A DNA stretch of 55,747 nt from an uncultured Marinoscillum sp. (GTDB lineage: Bacteria > Bacteroidota > Bacteroidia > Cytophagales > MED-G16). Shown here piece after piece: positions 8,656 to 16,532 of this stretch. The notes under the pieces were generated by a model that saw only the letters and a list, made by a program, of their open reading frames with translations, was not told the origin of the DNA and ran no database searches. Location of the stretch: positions 1-55,747 of the forward strand of contig CACPJB010000003.1 in assembly GCA_902634135.1 (NCBI GenBank), in the 5' to 3' direction. The position numbers were made by a program, and so were the translations under genes. How positions within the stretch are numbered: the first letter of the stretch is position 1; the number at the start of each line of letters is the position of its first letter.

Positions 8656-10872
8656 TTACCTTCCTCCAGGAGGACAATTCTTTCTAAGAAAATCAGTAAA
8701 CATTAACCTTACATGTGGGTAAGCCCCATCTTCTCTAATGCCATGTGATCTGTTTGGATAGGAGAGCATATAAAATACCTTTTTATGCTTAATAAGTTCA
8801 TTTGCTAACATCTCTGCATTTTGGTAGTGAACATTATCATCTCCAGTTCCATGAATATATAGTAGATTACCTTCTAGGTTTTTAGCATATTTAATTGGAG
8901 ATCCGTCAACATAGTCTTGATAACTTTCTTTAGGGTCCCCCATATATCTTTCTTGGTATATATTATCATAAGTTAACTGATTTGCTACTGCAGCTACGGC
9001 AATGCCTGTATGAAAAATTTCTGGGTATTGGAAAAGGCAGTTTAATGTAGCTGTACCTCCTCCACTCCAACCATGGACTGCTACTCTCGATGTATCTATA
9101 AAATCATATTTGTTGAATACAGCTTTTGCTCCCATGGCCATGTCCCTCACATTGATCCTTCCAATGTTTCTATATATTGCTTTTCTCCAAGCTCTGCCTT
9201 TGGGCGACGGCGTCCCCCTTCCATCAAAAGTAACATATACATACCCATCTTCACCTAAATCTCCATCATATAAACCGTTTCTGCCTGCACCATATCTGTT
9301 AACTCCTGTCTGACCCGCTGGTTCACTGTAAAAATAAAATAAGACGGGGTATTTTTTTTCTGGATCAAGATTTTTTGGCTTTACTATCCAGCCCTCCATT
9401 ATGACGTTATCTATTGTTGTGATCTCAAAAAATTCGAGGGGATGTTCCTCTTTAATTTGTGGATTGTATTTTGTGATCATATTCTGATCCTTATTGATAA
9501 ATTTATGTTCAGGCAATGAGACAATTGCTTGCATAGGTCTCGTGAAATAGTTTGAAAATGAGTGGAAAGCATATTTTGCTTTTGTACTAATTTGATAATT
9601 ATGAGAACCTTCTAAAACAGCAGGACTAATCTTAGTTAGTTCTCCATTTCCTCTAGCCGAGGTTTTATAAAGGTATCTTTCCGTTGGATTTTCAGGAGAT
9701 GCAATAAAATATACGTCCTCATTTTTTTCATCATATGCTAATGGTTTTACTACATCGTATTCCCCTTTTGTAACTAAATATTCTGATTTTTTATTTATAT
9801 CAAATCTATATATGTGCGACCATCCATCTTTTTCTGTTGTATATAAGAACTCCTTACCATGATTAATAAATTTCCACCCAGCTTGAACCTGATAAGGCCA
9901 TGAACTTCTTAGGTCTACCCAAGCTTCATCTTGTTCTTCCATAAGGAGCTCTGTATCTCCATTATCAGTATTTGCTATATAAATTTTACTGTGGTTTTGT
10001 TTCCTGTTTAATTGTTGAATCATTAAATCATCTCTATTTGGCATCCATGTCATTCTTGGCAAGTAAAATTTGTTTTCTTCTCCAGGAACTTTCATCCAGG
10101 TAGTTTTTTTATTTTTCAGATTAATTACACCAATTCTTGCAGGGCTTAGGTCTTCTCCAACTTTTGGGTACTCCACTGGTATTGTATAGGAATAAATTGA
10201 GTCTGTGTTATTGATCATGTAAAAATCTCTAACCTGATTTGCATCAATTTGCCAGAATGCTATTTTTGAACCATCATCATTAAAAATAAAACCATCTCTA
10301 CAGCCAAACTCTTCTTCGTATACCCAATCAAACGTTCCATTTATTAATTTTTTAGTCCCATTTGAGCTGGTTAGTTTTTTTACAGATCTTGATTCTAAAT
10401 CCTCTAAATATATGTTCACACTTGTACTACTATTTCTTATTCCACTTTCAGATTTTTCTTTTGATACATATGCAACAAAATTTTCATTGGGTGAGAATTT
10501 AGCGAACATTAGGCTTGAACTAGACATCTCTCTTCCTAGCTTTTGCATTTCATTTTTATTAAAATCATAAACCCAATAATCACCTTTCGTGTTATATCTC
10601 CACACTTTTACAGATTTTGTGAAAAGAAGAACTTTGTTTTTGGTAGGTGAAAAAGAAAAAGATTCAATCTTAATATTATTTATTTTAGAAGAGGACAAAA
10701 TAATTTTATCTTCTTTCCCTCTGGTACTTACTAAAACAATACTGTTGTCTTTTATTGTGTAGTAGCCTGTTTCGTTTTCATTCCATACTACATCACTGGG
10801 TAAAACTCTACCAAATAGATTAATTGAAATGAAAAATATTATACTAAATATTGTTTGGGTTTGTTTAATCAT
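8656..10872 (-). CDS. S9B dipeptidyl-peptidase IV family peptidase
   Basis: DWVYEEE, GWSGGG (Ser), DDNVH (Asp), C-terminal RSHGI (His); ATG 10872 gives a signal peptide and avoids overlap with the divergent ORF. Confidence 0.92.
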   Translation of the reverse strand: MIKQTQTIFSIIFFISINLFGRVLPSDVVWNENETGYYTIKDNSIVLVSTRGKEDKIILSSSKINNIKIESFSFSPTKNKVLLFTKSVKVWRYNTKGDYWVYDFNKNEMQKLGREMSSSSLMFAKFSPNENFVAYVSKEKSESGIRNSSTSVNIYLEDLESRSVKKLTSSNGTKKLINGTFDWVYEEEFGCRDGFIFNDDGSKIAFWQIDANQVRDFYMINNTDSIYSYTIPVEYPKVGEDLSPARIGVINLKNKKTTWMKVPGEENKFYLPRMTWMPNRDDLMIQQLNRKQNHSKIYIANTDNGDTELLMEEQDEAWVDLRSSWPYQVQAGWKFINHGKEFLYTTEKDGWSHIYRFDINKKSEYLVTKGEYDVVKPLAYDEKNEDVYFIASPENPTERYLYKTSARGNGELTKISPAVLEGSHNYQISTKAKYAFHSFSNYFTRPMQAIVSLPEHKFINKDQNMITKYNPQIKEEHPLEFFEITTIDNVIMEGWIVKPKNLDPEKKYPVLFYFYSEPAGQTGVNRYGAGRNGLYDGDLGEDGYVYVTFDGRGTPSPKGRAWRKAIYRNIGRINVRDMAMGAKAVFNKYDFIDTSRVAVHGWSGGGTATLNCLFQYPEIFHTGIAVAAVANQLTYDNIYQERYMGDPKESYQDYVDGSPIKYAKNLEGNLLYIHGTGDDNVHYQNAEMLANELIKHKKVFYMLSYPNRSHGIREDGAYPHVRLMFTDFLRKNCPPGGR

Positions 10873-10907
10873 GTTATTACAATTTTTTAAAAAATAAAAA
10901 TTATAAT

Positions 10908-10923
10908 AAATTGTTAACAATTT
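10908..10923. promoter_or_regulatory. Perfect 16-bp palindrome in a divergent intergenic region (candidate operator)
   Basis: AAATTGTTAACAATTT is its own reverse complement; lies between ATG 10872 (-) and ATG 10936 (+). Confidence 0.4.
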
Positions 10924-10935
10924 CAATTTTATAAA

Positions 10936-11205
10936 ATGAATAAAATAGGTTTTCAATTTAATGAGTCTGAGGAAGAAGATATTTTTAAGGTTTTTGATGA
11001 TTATGTAGATTCAAGTAAAGAGAAATTAACAAAAGCGGCTGATAATCTTATGAAACTTTATAAGTCTAATGATTTAGATGATAAAAACAGAAAAAAACTT
11101 AGGGAATTTGAAAAGAAATTACGAATGATTTTCAAACAGGTGGATGAAATAGATAAAGAAGTTGAAGATATGGCTAGAAGAAAAAGAATAGCGGATAATA
11201 AGTAG
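10936..11205 (+). CDS. Small highly charged helical/coiled-coil hypothetical protein
   Basis: 89-aa ORF filling the gap, A-rich start context, genome-typical codons; family not recognised. Confidence 0.7.
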   Translation: MNKIGFQFNESEEEDIFKVFDDYVDSSKEKLTKAADNLMKLYKSNDLDDKNRKKLREFEKKLRMIFKQVDEIDKEVEDMARRKRIADNK

Positions 11206-11206
11206 A

Positions 11207-11965
11207 TTAATTGATAAATCTCTCACTATACGTCGTATAACTTGGCCTTAGTGGACTCTTTATCTCAAAAATTCTCGTATCAGAATTGACATAGAGACAT
11301 AAGTTATTACATTCTGAAATTATAATCAGATCACCTTTATTTGCAATTTTATTATTGATTTTAGCTTCTCCTTTTAAAATAAAATAAGAATATGTTGAAT
11401 CGTCTTCTAGTTCTAAATTAAAATTATTTTTATCGGCTATTTCATAAGAATTAATTTCAATTCCTTCTGAACAAATTTTCATTGGTGAACCCATGCCAGC
11501 GATCCTTTTAATTTTAATACCATTACTTTCAACAATTTCAAAATCATCAGATTTATAATCATTGTAAGTAGCTTCTTGTGTAATTGACAACTTTATATTG
11601 GGATCAAACCATATTTGAAAAATTTCGGATTCTTTATTAAGCTCCTCCGCGTGAGATATACCATTGCCAGCTCGAATAATTTGAACATCACCTTTCTTTA
11701 GAGATATCCATTTATTTTGTTTAGTATCAAAGTGGTTAATTGAACCTTTAAGTATAAAGCTGCAAATTTCAAATCCTTGGTGTGGGTGAAGTCCAATAGT
11801 GCTTTTTGCATTTGGAGTCCAAGCATGAGCCCAATAAAATAAATTTGAATATGGTCTATTTTTACCTCCGTCTTGAGGAAATCCAATGGGTTTTTTTTCT
11901 AATATTTCACCATTATTAAAATTTCCGTCTGCTTGATCTTCTTTTTTAATTATTTGAATATTCAT
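11207..11965 (-). CDS. Pirin family bicupin
   Basis: GLHPHQGFEI and AGNGISHAE carry the His-His-His-Glu metal ligands; FQIW. Confidence 0.9.
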   Translation of the reverse strand: MNIQIIKKEDQADGNFNNGEILEKKPIGFPQDGGKNRPYSNLFYWAHAWTPNAKSTIGLHPHQGFEICSFILKGSINHFDTKQNKWISLKKGDVQIIRAGNGISHAEELNKESEIFQIWFDPNIKLSITQEATYNDYKSDDFEIVESNGIKIKRIAGMGSPMKICSEGIEINSYEIADKNNFNLELEDDSTYSYFILKGEAKINNKIANKGDLIIISECNNLCLYVNSDTRIFEIKSPLRPSYTTYSERFIN

Positions 11966-12725
11966 GTTCTATTTGTGAAGAAATATGGCTCCATAGTCTA
12001 ATCCTCATATCAATAGATTTTTTTGATATCTCCTTAACCTCTTCCCATTTTTTTTGATTATTTCCACATAAGTTCTCTATCATTTTTAATGCTATTGGAC
12101 CATGATCGTCTCCATCTAGTTCAATATGTCTTTCTAGATAATAGATGAAATCACTAGCAACATTACTATTTTCTTTGTTTAATCCTTTCACAATTTCAAT
12201 GAACATATCGGGAATTACATTTTCTCTGCCAAATGTAAAAGCAGCCGCAATTTTATGTGTTTCACCAGATTCAATTACATCAAATGTAAAATTTAAAAAT
12301 TCTTTGATTTCTTGATTTATATCATAGTTATTTATAAAATCCCTGTAATTATTTGATGTCTCAATTTTATTAATGAAGTCATTTATTTTTGATGTGCTTG
12401 CTCCTATTTGATCCATTGCCTGAAGGTATAACTCAAAGTGACTAATAACTTTACCGTTCTTTATTTCATCTGTTTCTTCTTCAAGAACTATCTCATTTAT
12501 GAATCTAGCTGCTTGGGTATTTTTTGAGGGAGTCCATGGGTTTTTTGTACATGTAAGATTAACTTGTAGTGCTTTTAATAGAGACATAAAATCCCATACT
12601 GCATATATATGATTTTCCATAAATATTTTTAAATCTTCGATTGTAGAAATTTTAGAATAGATATTATGATTTACTAATTCAGTTTGAGAAGATTCAATGT
12701 AGCTAATTACACTTTGTATTTTCAT
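11946..12725 (-). CDS. DUF3050 heme-oxygenase-like (putative diiron) protein
   Basis: FMENHIYAVWDFMSLLKALQ, RFINEIVLEEETD, SHFELY, FTFGRE, YYLERHIELDGDDHGP. Confidence 0.88.
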   Translation of the reverse strand: MKIQSVISYIESSQTELVNHNIYSKISTIEDLKIFMENHIYAVWDFMSLLKALQVNLTCTKNPWTPSKNTQAARFINEIVLEEETDEIKNGKVISHFELYLQAMDQIGASTSKINDFINKIETSNNYRDFINNYDINQEIKEFLNFTFDVIESGETHKIAAAFTFGRENVIPDMFIEIVKGLNKENSNVASDFIYYLERHIELDGDDHGPIALKMIENLCGNNQKKWEEVKEISKKSIDMRIRLWSHISSQIEHEYSNN

Positions 12726-12774
12726 GACTTTTTTTCTTACATTTATTGAACTATATTGTTAAAAAAAAGCAAAT

Positions 12775-13329
12775 ATGGATTCAAATAATATAAATTACAA
12801 CGAAGAAGTTTTAAAAGGGGGATTAATTGTTGCTGGAGTTTCAATATTAGTAACTATGCTAACTTATATTATTAATGTTGAACTGATGGTAGCATGGTGG
12901 TATGGTCTTATAGCATTAGCTATAAGTATGGGTCTTGTTATTTATATAGGAATATCATTAAGGAATGCTATTGGGGGATACATGTCTTATAAAGAATCAT
13001 TAAAATTTACTTTTTTAGTTCTAACAGTTTCATATTTAGTCGGTGCCATTTTTAATATTCTTCTTTATAACGTAATAGACCCAGGTCTTCCGGAGACTCT
13101 TAAGGAACTTACAGTAGAGAATACCGTTGCTATGATGGAGGGTTTTGGTGCCCCGCAAGAGGCCATTGATGCTTCAATACCTGAAATTGAAAAATCTATT
13201 GATGAAAATACAACTCCTATTGGAATATTAAAAGCTACTCCATGGGGGCTATTATTCATTTTTATTTTTGCTGCTATAGCTTCTATTTTTGTAAAGAAAA
13301 ATGAGGCGGTTTCTGACAGAATCAATTAA
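12775..13329 (+). CDS. DUF4199 family membrane protein
   Basis: Four hydrophobic segments; GGYMSY...F and YNVIDP motifs typical of Bacteroidota DUF4199. Confidence 0.75.
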   Translation: MDSNNINYNEEVLKGGLIVAGVSILVTMLTYIINVELMVAWWYGLIALAISMGLVIYIGISLRNAIGGYMSYKESLKFTFLVLTVSYLVGAIFNILLYNVIDPGLPETLKELTVENTVAMMEGFGAPQEAIDASIPEIEKSIDENTTPIGILKATPWGLLFIFIFAAIASIFVKKNEAVSDRIN

Positions 13330-13888
13330 TTCTTTTGAATATATAGTTTAATTCTTCTGCAATATTACTATTCGTTTTTAAATATTCCTCTTCCATATAT
13401 TTTGTGTTATCATATACTTTTGGATCTTTAAAAAACATGTTAATATTTTTGACAGATCTTGAGTCAATAGGACATGATTTTTCAGCATCAGAACATGTCA
13501 TGATTGCTATAAATTTATTTGCATTTATTTGATCTAATGTCTTTGATTTAAGTTTAATTAAAAGTTTTTTAAATCCTATTTCTTCATTTTCATTTACACT
13601 TACTCCACATTTCTTTAGTACGTTGAATATCTCTTTATGGACACTGGTTCTTATAGTTCCTGCTGAATTTATTAAGATTTCTTTTTTATATATTAAAGAA
13701 AAAATTGATGCCCAAACTTCACATATTTGGCTTCTTCTTGAATTATGTGTACAAAGAAAAACCAGTTCTTTTGTCTCTTTTAATTTTTCATTTAATTCAT
13801 TCACTATAAGCTCTAGTCTTTCCTTCTGTTTTATTTCAGGTGTAAAATTGTTTAATCGATAAAAAAACTCATCAAATTTCTTGTTCAT
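13322..13888 (-). CDS. LMW protein-tyrosine-phosphatase / ArsC-type arsenate reductase
   Basis: FLCTHNSRRSQ (Cx5R), SAGT, MTCSDAEKSCP, DPK; ATG 13888 or 13918. Confidence 0.82.
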   Translation of the reverse strand: MNKKFDEFFYRLNNFTPEIKQKERLELIVNELNEKLKETKELVFLCTHNSRRSQICEVWASIFSLIYKKEILINSAGTIRTSVHKEIFNVLKKCGVSVNENEEIGFKKLLIKLKSKTLDQINANKFIAIMTCSDAEKSCPIDSRSVKNINMFFKDPKVYDNTKYMEEEYLKTNSNIAEELNYIFKRIN

Positions 13889-13950
13889 ATAATTACAAAT
13901 TTTAACAAATTTTAGCATGATTCTAAGTGCTTAAAAGATTATTAAATAAT

Positions 13951-13958
13951 TAAATTTG
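13951..13958 (+). promoter_or_regulatory. -7 box TAAATTTG upstream of moxR
   Basis: TANNTTTG match 15 nt before ATG 13974. Confidence 0.55.
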
Positions 13959-13973
13959 CTAAATTTTTAAAAT

Positions 13974-14936
13974 ATGAGTTCAAATTATAATAAAGTTCAA
14001 AAAGTAGTAGATGAGGTAAGCAAAATTGTTGTAGGACAAGATTATATGATAAAGAGACTACTTATGGGTTTGTTTACCCAGGGTCACATTTTATTAGAGG
14101 GTGTTCCGGGTCTAGCAAAAACTTTAACTGTTAATACATTAGCCAATGTGCTAAAGCTCAATTTTAAAAGAATTCAGTTTACACCTGACTTATTACCTTC
14201 GGATGTTATAGGTACTATGATTTATAATCAAAAGAAATCTATTTTTGAAGTTAAAAAAGGACCTGTTTTTTCTCATATTATATTAGCTGATGAAATTAAT
14301 AGATCTCCTGCAAAAGTGCAGTCTGCTCTTCTTGAGTCTATGCAAGAGAGACAAGTTACCATAGGGGATGAATCATTTAAGTTAGACTTACCGTTCCTTG
14401 TCTTAGCTACTCAAAATCCTATTGATCAAGAAGGTACCTATCCATTACCTGAGGCACAAAGAGATAGGTTTATGATGAAGTTAAATATATCTTATCCCTC
14501 TAAAGATGAAGAGTTAAAGATCATGCAAAGAATGTCAGACCTAAACTTTAAAAATACCATAAAGACTATCCTTACTAAAAAAGATATTAATTCAATTCAA
14601 AATGAAATAAATAAAGTATCTATATCAGAATCGATTGAAAAATATATCATAGAGCTTGTAAGCGCCACAAGGAATCCTAGTTCAATAGATTTAGATGATT
14701 TAGAAAACTATATTTCTTTCGGAGCATCACCAAGAGCGAGTATTAACTTATCACTTTCATCAAGAGCTAATGCTTTTCTTTCCGGTAGAGACTACGTAAT
14801 GCCTGATGATGTAAAGGAGGTTGCTAATGATGTTTTAAATCATAGAATTATCTTGAATTATGAAGCAGAAGCTGAGGGTATTAAATCAGATTATATTATC
14901 AAAAAAATTCTTGAAAAAGTAGAGATAAATTCCTAA
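13974..14936 (+). CDS. moxR: MoxR family AAA+ ATPase
   Basis: LEGVPGLAKT, RIQFTPDLLPSD, LADEINR, ATQNPIDQEGTYPLPEAQRDRF, GASPRA. Confidence 0.95.
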   Translation: MSSNYNKVQKVVDEVSKIVVGQDYMIKRLLMGLFTQGHILLEGVPGLAKTLTVNTLANVLKLNFKRIQFTPDLLPSDVIGTMIYNQKKSIFEVKKGPVFSHIILADEINRSPAKVQSALLESMQERQVTIGDESFKLDLPFLVLATQNPIDQEGTYPLPEAQRDRFMMKLNISYPSKDEELKIMQRMSDLNFKNTIKTILTKKDINSIQNEINKVSISESIEKYIIELVSATRNPSSIDLDDLENYISFGASPRASINLSLSSRANAFLSGRDYVMPDDVKEVANDVLNHRIILNYEAEAEGIKSDYIIKKILEKVEINS

Positions 14937-14937
14937 T

Positions 14938-15579
14938 CTAATTAATAGAATTATACAATAATTTTATATTTTCTAGTTCTTCATAGAGAGTTTCTAATGA
15001 AGACTTTAAACCTATTTTTTTTGACTCATTTTTTTGATAAACCTTATAAAAAAAACCAGAATTCATCATTAAATTATTTGGGTTATTTCTAATTATTTTA
15101 TTTTGTTTTCTATCAATTTTTGAAATGTTTTTTTCTAGTTTAATAATATAATCATTAAGAAATCTCCTCATAAGAACTTTCTTAAATGTTAAAAGTAAAT
15201 TATTAATTGTTGGCTCATTTTCTAAGTCTTTTTCATCAGTAATATAGATGGATGTTTCTTTATTTTTTTTGGTTATAAAAGTTATGAGAGATAATGACTC
15301 CCCTTTTGTTTTAATGGTTGCTTTATAGATTTTCTTTTCTTTTTCTAAATTTCCAATATCTTCATAAAGACTTGCTAATTCTTCAATTATTATCTTTTTT
15401 GGAATTACTGTAGAAAACATGATAGACTTATGTGTCTTATCATTAAATGTTGTTTGTGTTGATTGTATTTCTGTAAAAACATCTTTTGGAATAATTCTAT
15501 CTATATTAATCTGTCCTAAGCTGATAAATGGAAGAGCAATAAAATAAAAATTTATAAAAATTTTAAGTAGTGACATCAT
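14938..15579 (-). CDS. Hypothetical exported protein with C-terminal coiled coil
   Basis: 213-aa ORF, signal-like N-terminus ending SLG-Q; family not recognised. Confidence 0.6.
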   Translation of the reverse strand: MMSLLKIFINFYFIALPFISLGQINIDRIIPKDVFTEIQSTQTTFNDKTHKSIMFSTVIPKKIIIEELASLYEDIGNLEKEKKIYKATIKTKGESLSLITFITKKNKETSIYITDEKDLENEPTINNLLLTFKKVLMRRFLNDYIIKLEKNISKIDRKQNKIIRNNPNNLMMNSGFFYKVYQKNESKKIGLKSSLETLYEELENIKLLYNSIN

Positions 15580-15618
15580 TAATTTAATTAACTACGTATT
15601 ACTTTTAGTTGCAATATT

Positions 15619-16530
15619 ATGAAATCTATTTTAATTACTGGAGGAACTGGATTAATTGGCTCAAGACTTGTTAAAGCTTTAGATAAAACTAGATATAAGA
15701 TTTATATTCTTTCAAGAAGAGATCAATTAGATAGAGATGGGATACATTTTATTAAATGGAATCCTGAAAAATCATTATTAAATATCTCTAAAATAAAAAA
15801 TCTTCATTCAGTTATTAATCTTGCAGGCGCATCAATAGATGGGTCAAGGTGGACTGAGAGTTATAAAAGAAAAATTTTAGAAAGTAGGGTTAACTCAACC
15901 AAATTATTGTATGATAAGATTAAAAAGTTGAAACATACCCCCAAATCTATTGTGTCTGCATCTGCAACAGGATATTACAAAAATAATACGGTTAATCCGC
16001 AAAATGAATCAAGTAACCCTGGTGATAATTTTTTAAGCAAAGTTGTCATGAAATGGGAAAAAGAGATATTGAACTTTAAAAATTTAGGTACTAGAATAAC
16101 AATATTTAGAATTGGGTTGGTACTATCCAAAGATGGTGGAGTACTTAAAAAACTATATCCATTATTTAAACTTTTTCTTGGTGTACCTATAGGATCTGCC
16201 AGACAAGTTATTAGTTGGATTCATGAAAAAGATATGACGGATTTAATTATTTGTGCAATAGAAGATGATAATTTTGATGGAATTTATAATGCAGTAGCGC
16301 CAGAAAGAATAAGTAATAAAGAATTTACAAATTCTTTAACTAAAGTTCTTGGACGTTTTTCATATCCCAGTTTTGTAAAAGCACCATCATTTATAATTAA
16401 AATTATTTTTGGTGAACAAGCAGACCTTGTTCTCAATGGGCTTAATATATCATCTGAAAAGTTGTCTAAATATAAATTTAGATTTACGAAGTTGGGGGAT
16501 GCTCTAAATGATATTTACAGTAAAAAATAG
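15619..16530 (+). CDS. TIGR01777 family NAD-dependent epimerase/oxidoreductase (YfcH-like)
   Basis: ITGGTGLIG, VINLAGA, SRVNST, SASATGYY, RIGLVL, SWIH. Confidence 0.92.
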   Translation: MKSILITGGTGLIGSRLVKALDKTRYKIYILSRRDQLDRDGIHFIKWNPEKSLLNISKIKNLHSVINLAGASIDGSRWTESYKRKILESRVNSTKLLYDKIKKLKHTPKSIVSASATGYYKNNTVNPQNESSNPGDNFLSKVVMKWEKEILNFKNLGTRITIFRIGLVLSKDGGVLKKLYPLFKLFLGVPIGSARQVISWIHEKDMTDLIICAIEDDNFDGIYNAVAPERISNKEFTNSLTKVLGRFSYPSFVKAPSFIIKIIFGEQADLVLNGLNISSEKLSKYKFRFTKLGDALNDIYSKK

Positions 16531-16532
16531 AA

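Noticed and set aside
10873-10956. Track's longer N-terminus for the DPP IV gene
   Set aside because: Overlaps the divergent ORF and buries the signal peptide; ATG 10872 fits better
15619-16530. TIGR01777 protein as the ceramide reductase partner of the bCerS-like gene
   Set aside because: Motifs match the YfcH-like family rather than the NDUFA9-like CerR, and the genes are unlinked
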